Shown here piece by piece: positions 27,844 through 37,057 of a DNA stretch of 62,497 nt. The translations under genes were made by a program, and so were the position numbers. The stretch is from Patescibacteria group bacterium (GTDB taxonomy: Bacteria; Patescibacteriota; Minisyncoccia; Phycocordibacterales; UBA9973). Every line of letters begins with the position of its first letter. Positions within the stretch are counted from its first letter, which is position 1. Location of the stretch: contig JBBTSS010000001.1 in the NCBI GenBank assembly GCA_038064635.1, positions 1 to 62,497 of the forward strand, written 5' to 3'. The notes beneath the pieces were generated by a model. That model ran no database searches. It saw only the letters and a list, made by a program, of their open reading frames with translations, and was not told the DNA's origin.

Positions 27844-27896
27844 AAAAACCTCGAAAACAATATAAAAAATATAACAGAAATACTTATTTTAAGCAA

Positions 27897-27922
27897 ACAA
27901 AAAACCCCTTTCGGGGCTTTTT
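27897..27922 (-). terminator. intrinsic terminator of the RRM protein gene
   Basis: GCCCC-GAAA-GGGGT followed by TTTTTTG on the minus strand. Confidence 0.7.
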
Positions 27923-27955
27923 GTTTCAAAATTTAATTTAAGTGTAAAGAATAGA

Positions 27956-28303
27956 TTAGTATTCTCGGCGTCCACCTGAGCGGCCACCTCCGTATCCTCC
28001 TCCATTTCCTCCTCCGTATCCACCACCGTTTCCACCTGTTCGTGGAGGGCGAGCTTCCATTGGACGAGCTTCGTTAACTGTAAGTTTTCTTCCTTCGAAT
28101 TCCTTGTCATTAAACATTGCAACAGCATTTTGTGCTTCTGCGTCAGATGACATTTCTACGAATCCGAATCCTTTTGAGCGACCAGACATCTTGTCCATGA
28201 TAATAACAGCAGATGTAACATTACCTGCTTGTGCAAAGTACTCCTTAAGAGCATCTTCACCTGTTGAGTAAGGGAGTCCCCCTACATATAGCTTTGTAGC
28301 CAT
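27956..28303 (-). CDS. RRM-type RNA-binding protein with Gly/Arg-rich tail
   Basis: RNP motifs LYVGGL and KGFGFVEM. The tail is GGNGGGYGGGNGGGYGGGRSGGRREY. It has one of the few clear SD sites (AGGAG). Confidence 0.9.
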   Translation of the reverse strand: MATKLYVGGLPYSTGEDALKEYFAQAGNVTSAVIIMDKMSGRSKGFGFVEMSSDAEAQNAVAMFNDKEFEGRKLTVNEARPMEARPPRTGGNGGGYGGGNGGGYGGGRSGGRREY

Positions 28304-28347
28304 ACTATATACTTCTCCTGTTTTTAGAAAAACTCAGGCAAAAACTA

Positions 28348-28377
28348 ATTATAATACCGTAGAAAAGAGTCGCTCAA
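28348..28377 (-). promoter_or_regulatory. candidate sigma-70 promoter of the RRM gene
   Basis: On the minus strand, TTGAGC (28372-28377), an 18-nt spacer, then TATAAT (28348-28353). Confidence 0.4.
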
Positions 28378-28448
28378 TTTAACAAAAGCCCCCAAAACTA
28401 CTTAATAAGTAGTATGACATACAGAGAAGTTTTATGCAATTAGACAAA

Positions 28449-28518
28449 TAAAAAAGCGGAAGCATACCTAAAAAGGTATACGTCCGCTAAATGGGGGTTG
28501 GGATACTTTATCCCAACC
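28449..28518 (-). terminator. twin hairpins ending in an intrinsic terminator (minus strand)
   Basis: GGTTGGGATA/TATCCCAACC (28496-28518) is followed by GCGGA..ATACC/GGTAT..TCCGC (28456-28487) and TTTTTT on the minus strand. Confidence 0.6.
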
Positions 28519-28578
28519 AGGTGCTGGTCTCAGTCGTCTCCGGCATAAGAATTCGTGTTTAAAAGGTGAAAAAAGAAA

Positions 28579-28755
28579 TTACCAAATTCGTTTTGATTTA
28601 TCCTTTGAAGGATTACACCCAGCACAAGTAGGCAAAGTAGAAGGTTTGTTATAATCAAAAAATGATCCGACCTTTTTCTTTACCTGGATAACTGGTTTTT
28701 TTGTTTTCTTGGTTTTTTTGATGTGCAGCAATTGCTCTGGCGGAGTACTTTCCAT
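28579..28755 (-). CDS. possible unannotated 58-aa Lys-rich ORF
   Basis: Hand translation gives MESTPPEQLLHIKKTKKTKKPVIQVKKKVGSFFDYNKPSTLPTCAGCNPSKDKSKRIW. It is below the 60-aa cut-off of the ORF track and could be a chance ORF in A-rich DNA. Confidence 0.2.
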   Translation of the reverse strand: MESTPPEQLLHIKKTKKTKKPVIQVKKKVGSFFDYNKPSTLPTCAGCNPSKDKSKRIW

Positions 28756-28989
28756 AAAAAGAAAAAGTTAGACAATGAAAAATTACATGACCCGTGTCAT
28801 GTTTATCTTTACCCGACTATGTGTATCGGGAACAAAATTAAATGGGCTTGATATACAAACCTACTTAACTTTGTTTCCGACTCTCACTTGCACGTAAACA
28901 ACACAAGACCAAAAAATTTAAAAGAACTAAACTGCATCAAATATGCAGGATTGATATTGTAACCTATATAAATTTTTAGGTCAAATATT

Positions 28990-29964
28990 TTACTCTTCGT
29001 CTTCGTCTCCCGTCTCTCCAGACTCTAGAGAATTAAATATCTCATCTATCTCTCCTTCAAGTATTTTCGGCAAATTATGCCATGACTTTTTTATACGATG
29101 GTCAGTGATACGGTCTTGAGAAAAGTTATAAGTACGAATCTTCTCACTTCTGTCCCCTGTACCTATTTGATTCTTTCTAACACCAGCATATTTCTTTGCT
29201 TCCTCTTCTTCTTTAAGTTGTTGAAGTTTTGCGACAAGTATCATCATGGCCTTCTCACGATTTGCAAGTTGACTACGTTCATTGGTAGAACGCACATCGA
29301 GCCCGGTAGGCTTGTGAATGATACGTACAGCAGTCTCAACTTTGTTTACGTTTTGCCCCCCTTTTCCTCCGGAGCGAGAATACTCCATATCAAAGTCTGC
29401 TGGATTTACTTCAAAATTTACTTTCTTCTTTATAGGAAGTACTGCCACAGATGCAGTAGAAGTATGCACTCTACCATTCTTCTCAGTCGCTGGGATTCTC
29501 TGCACTCTGTGGACACCCGTCTCGTAACGCATAAGCCGATATACGTCTTTTCCTTTTATTTCGAAACTCGCTTCTTTATATCCTCCTATATCATTTTTAG
29601 ATTCATAGTTTACTTTCCATTGCCAACCACGAACTTCAGCAAATCTCTCATACATGTGAGCAAGTTCCCAAGCAAAAAGCGCAGCTTCGTCTCCCCCCGC
29701 TCCAGCACGCACTTCGAGAACTATTTCATTTGGAAATTCTTCTTCCTCTTTTTCTTTATCTAAAATTTCTTGAATTTGTTTCTCTGTATTGTCTCTTTGT
29801 TCTTGAATAGACTTTAGCTCATTTGCTGCTAATTCATGAAGAGTGTCGTCAGAGTCTAACATCTCTCGGACTTCTGCTTCTTCACGAGCAAGACGCTCTA
29901 AAATAAGAGCTAGGTAACTCGTCTGATTATTCTTCTTTAATTCTTCAAGATCAAATGTTGCCAT
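28990..29964 (-). CDS. prfA: peptide chain release factor 1 (short N-terminus)
   Basis: GGQ motif (SGGKGGQNVNKVETAV) and the RF1-type PAT tripeptide (RIPATEKNGR). Confidence 0.9.
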   Translation of the reverse strand: MATFDLEELKKNNQTSYLALILERLAREEAEVREMLDSDDTLHELAANELKSIQEQRDNTEKQIQEILDKEKEEEEFPNEIVLEVRAGAGGDEAALFAWELAHMYERFAEVRGWQWKVNYESKNDIGGYKEASFEIKGKDVYRLMRYETGVHRVQRIPATEKNGRVHTSTASVAVLPIKKKVNFEVNPADFDMEYSRSGGKGGQNVNKVETAVRIIHKPTGLDVRSTNERSQLANREKAMMILVAKLQQLKEEEEAKKYAGVRKNQIGTGDRSEKIRTYNFSQDRITDHRIKKSWHNLPKILEGEIDEIFNSLESGETGDEDEE

Positions 29965-30048
29965 AATAAAACAAAAACATGAGCCTTTTTAGGCAAACAA
30001 CCTATTTATTTTGTTTGCAGAAAAAATGCTCATGTCTATGATATTTAG

Positions 30049-30261
30049 TTATTTTGATACAGCTTTTGCTCGGCGCTTGTTAAATCTATCAACACGTCCT
30101 GCTACGTCCATTATCTTTTCATTTCCAGTATAGAAAGGGTGACATTGACTACATATTTCAACTTTGATATCAGCTAAAGTTGATCCTATCTCAAACTCTG
30201 CACCACAAGCGCAACTTGCGACTGTTTTACTATTGTATTTTGGGTGTATACCTTTTTTCAT
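30049..30261 (-). CDS. rpmE: 50S ribosomal protein L31
   Basis: [10 protein letters not shown]-terminus, with CxC and CxxC cysteines. Confidence 0.9.
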   Translation of the reverse strand: MKKGIHPKYNSKTVASCACGAEFEIGSTLADIKVEICSQCHPFYTGNEKIMDVAGRVDRFNKRRAKAVSK

Positions 30262-30284
30262 CGTTTTTACAGAATATCACGACT

Positions 30285-31625
30285 TTAATTTGAAAGCAAG
30301 TCTATGTCTGCTTGGATTGAAGTAGCTTTCTTCATAACTCCATCACCATAAAAAGCATTTGCTTTTTTATTCCAATTTCCTCCAGCGTAATATTTGAGTG
30401 CCGCAGTTCTTTCAGCTGTAAAACCACCATTATCTGCTCCTAATTCACCTAAATAAATAGAAGAAGCAAAGAAAGCATGTTTTGGCTCCCAAGGATTTGG
30501 CATTCCGGAAATACTCAAAGCAGCAGCTATTTTCTTTGCATAAAGCTCCCACGTCGAAGGAATAAATTGTGAAGGCCCCATAGCTCCTCCCCAACCACCT
30601 TTCCAAGGACAAGACAAAGGAAGACCTTCAGGACTGATACCCAAGGCGGTGGTAATTCTCTCAAAAGGAGGAATATCTCTATCTGGTTTCATAATGACTC
30701 TCCATGATTTTGTTTCTGGATCAGTCGCTCTATTACAAGTACCTACATTTGCTCCGAGATTTGTTTCTTGAGTAAGTATTGCAAGAACAAAAGCTGGTCT
30801 TACGCCAGTTGCTTTCTCTGCTTGTCTTGCATACTCAAGTGCAGTACCGAAAGGAATAGCCTTAGAGTCACGAAGTGAGAATAAAGCGGAACGTATTTTA
30901 TCTGCTTTTGCTTTCTTTTCTGCTGCAAGTTTTTTGTATTCTGCTTCTTTGTTTTTACTTAAAGAAAGTAATTTCTTTTTTTCTGCTTCAGTTTGAGCGA
31001 CTTTCTTTTGACTAGCTTCGAGTTCTACTTTTGCGTCTGTTTCAGCATTTTGTTTTTTTTCAAGATCTTTTTTTTCTGTTTCTGTATCTGTCTTTATTCC
31101 CTTTATTTCATCAACTGATACTTTTATAGCTTGTTTCAAAGAAGAATAAGATTCAAGGTCTCCATAAAAATCAGATAAATTAGCATCAGACAAAAGCAAA
31201 TGTACTAAATTTTCATTATCAAAATCATTTGTATTTCGAATTAGTTGACCTAAAGACTCATATTGATTTTCAATTTTTTCGGATAAACCTTCAATTTTTT
31301 TACTCTTTTCTTTAATTGAAACTTTTAGTTGAGCTATGACTAGTGCTCGGGCTTTTACTTTTGTCTTTAAAGCATTGATTTGCGCATTTAAGTATTTAAC
31401 ATCACCTGTTAAGGTTCCAGTATTTTTCTGTTGTTCTTTTTGTTTATTTAACAAGTCTGCAAGTTCTGCTTCAATATTTCCTAATTCGATACGACAATAA
31501 TCTTTATCAGACTGAGAAGAAGCAGTGGTCAAAGTAAGACAGTCAAAAGCAGCATGAGTATTTTTAAAACTCACACTAAAAGATAATATCAATACCAAAA
31601 TAAAAACTATGGGTTTTTTGTCCAT
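30285..31625 (-). CDS. secreted coiled-coil protein with C-terminal lytic transglycosylase-like domain
   Basis: Signal peptide, then a long Lys/Glu coiled coil. The C-terminal LTQETNLG...GAMGPSQFIPSTW resembles MltB/SLT_2 domains. Confidence 0.65.
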   Translation of the reverse strand: MDKKPIVFILVLILSFSVSFKNTHAAFDCLTLTTASSQSDKDYCRIELGNIEAELADLLNKQKEQQKNTGTLTGDVKYLNAQINALKTKVKARALVIAQLKVSIKEKSKKIEGLSEKIENQYESLGQLIRNTNDFDNENLVHLLLSDANLSDFYGDLESYSSLKQAIKVSVDEIKGIKTDTETEKKDLEKKQNAETDAKVELEASQKKVAQTEAEKKKLLSLSKNKEAEYKKLAAEKKAKADKIRSALFSLRDSKAIPFGTALEYARQAEKATGVRPAFVLAILTQETNLGANVGTCNRATDPETKSWRVIMKPDRDIPPFERITTALGISPEGLPLSCPWKGGWGGAMGPSQFIPSTWELYAKKIAAALSISGMPNPWEPKHAFFASSIYLGELGADNGGFTAERTAALKYYAGGNWNKKANAFYGDGVMKKATSIQADIDLLSN

Positions 31626-31657
31626 AGTTTTTATTATAACATATTTTTGAATTTTTC

Positions 31658-32287
31658 TTATGCTTCTGGAGCTTCCTCTTCTTTCTTTCCTTTCTTTTCT
31701 ACTTCAATAGCAGATAGGTCAACTGGAGTTTCTTCTTTTTCTTCTTTTTGAGCTGCGATAGAAGCGACAATCTCAACTCCTTTTGTGACCATAGTAACAC
31801 CTTTTGGTAATACTACTTCTGACACAGATATTTGACTATCTAGGTCAACAAGAGAGGATATGTCAATTACGATAGATTGAGGTAAGTCTTTAGGTAAAGC
31901 TTCAACTTCAACTTCATGAAGAACTTTCACTAGTACTCCAAGTCCTGCTTTCACAGCGGGAGCAACACCAGTAAATTCTAATGGGATAGATACTTCAACA
32001 GTTTTGTTTGCATCTATAACCATAAAATCTACATGAATAGGTTCACCTGTTATAGGATTCACTCCAACATCATGAATAAGCACGTCTAAGTTTGCACCAG
32101 TCATAGTAAGTTTTACAGCAGAAGATTCTCCTGCATGTTTCCATACTTTCTTAAATTCATTAGTTGGTATTGAGATAGAAGTAGTATCTTTACCCATACC
32201 ATAAAATACAGCTGGGATCTCACCACCCTTTCTTAAGGTTTCTAAATTTTCTTTTAAATCTCTCTTTTTAGCTTTAATTTCAAACAT
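31658..32287 (-). CDS. rplY: 50S ribosomal protein L25/Ctc
   Basis: RKGGEIPAVFYG motif. The start is at MFEIKAK because a TATAAT box lies 7 nt upstream of it. Confidence 0.85.
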   Translation of the reverse strand: MFEIKAKKRDLKENLETLRKGGEIPAVFYGMGKDTTSISIPTNEFKKVWKHAGESSAVKLTMTGANLDVLIHDVGVNPITGEPIHVDFMVIDANKTVEVSIPLEFTGVAPAVKAGLGVLVKVLHEVEVEALPKDLPQSIVIDISSLVDLDSQISVSEVVLPKGVTMVTKGVEIVASIAAQKEEKEETPVDLSAIEVEKKGKKEEEAPEA

Positions 32288-32361
32288 GGGTTTTATTATA
32301 TACAAAAAACTTAAAAAAGCAAATGGATAATGAAATACCTTTAAAATAAGGACAAAAACCT

Positions 32362-34029
32362 TTATTTTTCGAGGGTTATGTGAGAAGCCATATACTCTTT
32401 AGTTCCTTCTCTTCCTTCTCGAACTACCTTCTTGCCTGGATTTAAAATGTATTTAGGGTCAAAAATTTCTTTTATCTGTTTAAAGATATTTATGATTTGA
32501 TTATTATACATCTTAGTTAAGTACGCAGTACGTATCAAACCATCATTATGTTCTGCGGTGATAGACCCACCAAGTCGGACCACTAGATCGTATACTCTGT
32601 CAGAAACTTCCATGATCATTTCTCTTAATTTTTTATCCTTAGGATTAACTAATGTATAGATATGTAAGTTTCCATCTCCTGCGTGTCCTCCGACAGCAAA
32701 AGTCATACGCTTCTTATAATCTCCTAGTATCTTATAAAGAGCTGGAAAAAATTCTGGTAATTTTTCAGGACGCACTATCACATCATCAATAAATGGTTTT
32801 GATTTTACTTTTTTCAAATGATAACGGATCATATTGAAAGCTTCATGACGTATGGTCCAATACTTCTTTGCTTCGAAAGCATCTCGAGTAAGTCTGATAC
32901 CTATTCCTTTCATGCTCTTTAAATCAGCCAATGCTCTCTCTGCTTCTATATCTGCTTCTTCTTGAGAATGCCCTGTGAATTCTACAAGTAATATAAGCTT
33001 TGGAAAACCATGTCTTAGGGTCATCATGGTTTCTGGGCCAAAAGAAAAAATAAGTTTAAATAAATTTTTAACTCCTAATAATTTAGTAAAATCTTTTATG
33101 TATTTCAATACCAAAAAGAAAGTCTTGTCGTCATAAGACTCAAGAGTTTGGGGGTTGTACTTTAAAATTCTATTTACAAGTTCTGGAACCAAACTCATAT
33201 CACGTAAAAACACAACGAGAAGTTTTGTGTATTTTGGATCGACTACAAGCTTGAAAGTGATCTCCGTAGCGATACCGAGAGTACCTTGTGAACCAACGAG
33301 AAGTTTATTTAAATCAAAAATCTTTTTTTCTTCACTCCAAACATTCCAAATAGTATATCCGGCAGAATTTTTATGAACGTTTGGCTTGGCTTTTTGTATT
33401 TCTTCTTTATTGGACTGAATAAGTTCAAAAATACTTTTATATAAATTACCTTCATAGTCTCCCTGAGACATCTTCTGTTTTAATTCCTCTTCATTCAACG
33501 GCTTTACTGTGTAAGCATTACCATCGTTAAAAACAACTTTTGCTTCTACTACATATTCTTCAGTTTTACCATATTTGAGTGTTCGCTCTCCTGCTGAGTT
33601 ATTTCCAAACATTCCTCCCACAGCATTTAGGTTTTTTGAAGCGGTATAACAAGGTAAGATTGTCCCCTTTTCTAGGGTAACTTTTTCAAAATCTCGATAA
33701 AACATTCCAGGCTGAACCACTATCTTTAAAGGGTCTTCAAATGACAAAACCTGATTCATGTATCGAGTAAAGTCTAGTATTATAGATTCTCCCACTGCTC
33801 CTCCTGACATATCCGTACCTGCACAACGTGCCGTAATAGACAATTCGCCGTAGGTGTCTTTATTTTCATTTACCCATTTAACTAAGTTTTGTATATCTTC
33901 TGTGTCTTTTGGGAAAAGAACTACCTTTGGTCTGATTTCAAAAACACTCGCATCATGCGAATACTTGGTAAGTGTTTCATCGCTATCCTCCACGTCTCCT
34001 TTAAATATTTTTTGTATGTCTTCTTTCAT
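32362..34029 (-). CDS. FAD-binding oxidoreductase (GlcD/D-lactate dehydrogenase family)
   Basis: FAD_binding_4-like N-terminal half (ARCAGTDMSGG) and a C-terminal GGSITAEHNDGLIR motif. Confidence 0.8.
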   Translation of the reverse strand: MKEDIQKIFKGDVEDSDETLTKYSHDASVFEIRPKVVLFPKDTEDIQNLVKWVNENKDTYGELSITARCAGTDMSGGAVGESIILDFTRYMNQVLSFEDPLKIVVQPGMFYRDFEKVTLEKGTILPCYTASKNLNAVGGMFGNNSAGERTLKYGKTEEYVVEAKVVFNDGNAYTVKPLNEEELKQKMSQGDYEGNLYKSIFELIQSNKEEIQKAKPNVHKNSAGYTIWNVWSEEKKIFDLNKLLVGSQGTLGIATEITFKLVVDPKYTKLLVVFLRDMSLVPELVNRILKYNPQTLESYDDKTFFLVLKYIKDFTKLLGVKNLFKLIFSFGPETMMTLRHGFPKLILLVEFTGHSQEEADIEAERALADLKSMKGIGIRLTRDAFEAKKYWTIRHEAFNMIRYHLKKVKSKPFIDDVIVRPEKLPEFFPALYKILGDYKKRMTFAVGGHAGDGNLHIYTLVNPKDKKLREMIMEVSDRVYDLVVRLGGSITAEHNDGLIRTAYLTKMYNNQIINIFKQIKEIFDPKYILNPGKKVVREGREGTKEYMASHITLEK

Positions 34030-34051
34030 AAGTATTTATATTATATCAGAT

Positions 34052-34480
34052 TTAGATTGATTTATAAGTACCCGTAATCATCTTTCCAGCAAGTAGTTGA
34101 TGTAAGGTAGTACCAGCTATTAAATATGTTATATATTGGATTATTAAGTTAAGTATCAATAAATCAAAAGGAAAATATACCCAAAATAGAATTGATGCTA
34201 CACTTACAGTATAAAAAATACTCCATACTAGCCATTGCCAGTTTTTGTATTTTTCTTTGTGATATGTTTTAAAAATAACATGGCTTAAAGTTCGTCCATT
34301 GTTTAAAAATACAAATACAATCTGAGCGATAAAAACTAAAAGTAGAAAAAGTATCTTTAATAAAAAGATATCTTTAATAAAAAAAGTAACTGGATAAAAA
34401 ATAATTCCAAGTATCAGGATATGCACCACACTATTCCTAACTTTTTCTAAAGGTTTATTGGGGACAAATTCTTTTTCCAT
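34052..34480 (-). CDS. hypothetical membrane protein
   Basis: Four hydrophobic helices. No domain recognised. Confidence 0.45.
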   Translation of the reverse strand: MEKEFVPNKPLEKVRNSVVHILILGIIFYPVTFFIKDIFLLKILFLLLVFIAQIVFVFLNNGRTLSHVIFKTYHKEKYKNWQWLVWSIFYTVSVASILFWVYFPFDLLILNLIIQYITYLIAGTTLHQLLAGKMITGTYKSI

Positions 34481-34498
34481 ATTACATAAAAACTTATT

Positions 34499-34702
34499 CT
34501 AAGAAATTAATACTACCCCAGCTTTAAAAGGTGAAGCTACTAGAAAAATCAGCCATTTCAATAAGTAATACGCCCAAAAAGGATCTTTTTTTATCCATTC
34601 TTCGATTTCATCCATTAAGGCTGTTGAACCCATGTATATACACAAACAAGGAAATCCTATCACAGCAGTAAAAAATATTCGGAAAATATAACCTAACATC
34701 AT
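34499..34702 (-). CDS. hypothetical small membrane protein
   Basis: Two hydrophobic helices. Confidence 0.35.
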   Translation of the reverse strand: MMLGYIFRIFFTAVIGFPCLCIYMGSTALMDEIEEWIKKDPFWAYYLLKWLIFLVASPFKAGVVLIS

Positions 34703-34715
34703 AAAGGTAAAAAAA

Positions 34716-35582
34716 TTAATTCATCATATTAAACAATTTCAATCTTCCTTCTACTACTTTTTCGATAGCATCTACTGCTGGTTGTAGTATTTTTGCTGGA
34801 GTTATCTCTCCAGGTAAATCTTGCAAAGACTTTTCTATCGCCTCACGAAAAGCAAGACGAATCTCGCTATTGATATGAACCATATTTACTCCAGCTTTTA
34901 TAGCATTTGTAAAGTCTTCATCTCTAAGACCTGAACCACCATGTAAAACAAGTGGCGTATTTGTGATATCTCTGATAGCTTTTGTAACTTCTATATTTAT
35001 ATGAGGCTTACCACTTTTTATAAGTCCATGAATAGAGCCAATGGAAGGAGCGAGTAAATCAATCCCCGTCTCATCGACAAATTTCTTTGCCTCTTCAGGA
35101 TTTGTAAGTATTCCTGCACCTTCTGGGATAGAGTCTTTAATGTTTGATCCAGAACCTATGTATCCTATTTCAGCTTCGACGAGTATATCTCGGCCAGTCA
35201 TAGCTTTTACTTCATGAGCATAATCTACGCATTTCTTTGTTAAAGCTACATTTTCTTCAAAAGGCAATTTCGCAGCGTCAATAATAACAGCATCAAATCC
35301 TGCATCGATGCATTTCTTTACACTTTCAAAACTCGCATGATGATCTGCGTTTAAAAATATTGGAAAGTTATCTCGCTCTCGGAGCATCTTCACTAGTACA
35401 GCGACTTCGTCTATACCAACAAAAGACTCTTCTCCTTCTGATACTCCGATAACCACAGGCACATTGAGCTTTTTCGCAGCATTATATATACCGTGCAGTG
35501 CCTCTAGATTTGAAATATTAAAATGCCCCACTGCTACACCTTTCTCCCCAGCTTCTTTAATACATTCACGTAATGTTTTCAT
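34716..35582 (-). CDS. fba: class II fructose/ketose-bisphosphate aldolase
   Basis: GHFNISNLE, LNADHH and LVLHGGSG motifs. Confidence 0.9.
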   Translation of the reverse strand: MKTLRECIKEAGEKGVAVGHFNISNLEALHGIYNAAKKLNVPVVIGVSEGEESFVGIDEVAVLVKMLRERDNFPIFLNADHHASFESVKKCIDAGFDAVIIDAAKLPFEENVALTKKCVDYAHEVKAMTGRDILVEAEIGYIGSGSNIKDSIPEGAGILTNPEEAKKFVDETGIDLLAPSIGSIHGLIKSGKPHINIEVTKAIRDITNTPLVLHGGSGLRDEDFTNAIKAGVNMVHINSEIRLAFREAIEKSLQDLPGEITPAKILQPAVDAIEKVVEGRLKLFNMMN

Positions 35583-35597
35583 AAGTTTAACCTAGAT

Positions 35598-37040
35598 TTA
35601 TTTTATTAATTCTTTTAATAATTTAATTACTACCTGAGGATTTGCTGAGCCATTTGTTTCTTTGATTATTTTACCCACGAGAGACATGATAGCGTTTTCC
35701 TTTCCACCTTTGTATGTAGCTACTACTTCAGGATTCTCTCCTATAATTTTTTCTACTATCCCTTTGAGTTCACCTTCATCATTTTTCTGAAGTAGATTTT
35801 TCTCATTAGCAATTTTTAATGGAGACTCATCAGACAACACAATCATCGCTAGTATGTCTTTTGCACCACGAGAAGAAATAGTATTTTCTGAAAGCATGTT
35901 AGCTAATTCTGCAAAGTTCGAAGCACTTGGAAGCTTTACTTCATTATTTGCTTTTTTTAATCCCAAAAAGTCTGTTGTTATGTAATTTGATGCTACTTTT
36001 ATTTTTTCTGCATTACCAAGAATTTTAGCAACTTCTTCAAACCACAATGCCAAAGGCAAGTCATTAATATAGCTCTCAATATCCTCATCTTTAATTCCAA
36101 AATCTTTTCTATATCTAATTCTTTTTTCTTCTGGTAACTCTCCTAGAGTTTCTTTTAATTCTTTAAATTCTGGACCACCAAATGCTTCATACAGCTTCAT
36201 CTTTGCTAGATCTGGATCTGGGAAATATCGGTAGTCTTCACTAGACTCCTTTTTTCTCTGAGACATTGTCTTCTGTTTAGCTTCGTCCCATCCACGAGTC
36301 TCTTTGACTATTTCATCTTGTTTCCCTTCTTCCCAAAGTGCTATCATCCTCTCTACTTCATACTTAATAGCTTTTTCTACTGTCTTAAAAGAGTTTAAAT
36401 TTTTTACTTCTACATAACCTTTCCAAAGCTTATCTTTCTCTGGTGACACAGAAACGTTCGCCTCTACTCGCATCTCTCCTTTTTCCATATTCGCTTCTGA
36501 TGCACCGATGTATTGCAAGAGTAGCTGATATTCTTTTGCGAAATTACTCGCCACCTTTGCAGCCTCCTCTACGCTCTCAAAAGTATGAGGCTCTGTGACG
36601 AGCTCCATGAGTGGCACTCCTGCACGGTTGAAATCAATAAGTGAAAAATCTCCTCTGTCGTGTTTATTATTTGCAGTATCTTCTTCAAGGTGGATACGAG
36701 TCACGTCCATATTTGCAAGTCGTCCGCCAGATACTATCGGATATTTAAGCTGAGAAATCTGATATCCTTTTGGGATATCAGGATAAAAATAATTTTTACG
36801 GTCAAACTCTGAAAAGTCAGCAATCTTTGCACCAATAGCGAGTCCAACACGTATGACTTGTTCGATAGCCTTTTTATTTGGTACTGGAAGTGCTCCAGGA
36901 TGTGCCATACACACAGGGCAGATATTTACATTTGGTTTTGTCTCATCAGGGTCATTCTTACACGCACAAAACATCTTAGTCTTAGTTTTTAATTCTGCAT
37001 GTATTTCGAGTCCGATGGTTGTGTAATATTTTTTCTCCAT
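35598..37040 (-). CDS. gatB: Asp/Glu-tRNA amidotransferase subunit B
   Basis: IGLEIHAEL N-terminus, RVEANVS motif and a C-terminal YqeY-like domain. Confidence 0.95.
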   Translation of the reverse strand: MEKKYYTTIGLEIHAELKTKTKMFCACKNDPDETKPNVNICPVCMAHPGALPVPNKKAIEQVIRVGLAIGAKIADFSEFDRKNYFYPDIPKGYQISQLKYPIVSGGRLANMDVTRIHLEEDTANNKHDRGDFSLIDFNRAGVPLMELVTEPHTFESVEEAAKVASNFAKEYQLLLQYIGASEANMEKGEMRVEANVSVSPEKDKLWKGYVEVKNLNSFKTVEKAIKYEVERMIALWEEGKQDEIVKETRGWDEAKQKTMSQRKKESSEDYRYFPDPDLAKMKLYEAFGGPEFKELKETLGELPEEKRIRYRKDFGIKDEDIESYINDLPLALWFEEVAKILGNAEKIKVASNYITTDFLGLKKANNEVKLPSASNFAELANMLSENTISSRGAKDILAMIVLSDESPLKIANEKNLLQKNDEGELKGIVEKIIGENPEVVATYKGGKENAIMSLVGKIIKETNGSANPQVVIKLLKELIK

Positions 37041-37057
37041 TGTTTTATTATTATAGC

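Noticed and set aside
27711-28128. ORFs 27711..27941 (+) and 27889..28128 (-)
   Set aside because: The first runs through the tRNA-Ile gene and its promoter region. The second is an alternate frame of the RRM protein gene and crosses its terminator.
28440-28560. GC-rich hairpin patches (here, 6180-6260, 20671-20760, 27565-27700) as tmRNA, RNase P, SRP or 6S RNA
   Set aside because: None of the hallmark motifs could be found by eye. Missing are the tmRNA tRNA-like end, the RNase P GAGGAAAGUCCGGGC P4 strand and the SRP GGAA tetraloop with AGCAGC. The intervals are also mostly too short.
29098-29763. 221-aa ORF on the plus strand (and 29318..29527)
   Set aside because: It is antisense to prfA, which carries the GGQ and PAT motifs. 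It is a shadow ORF in AT-rich DNA.
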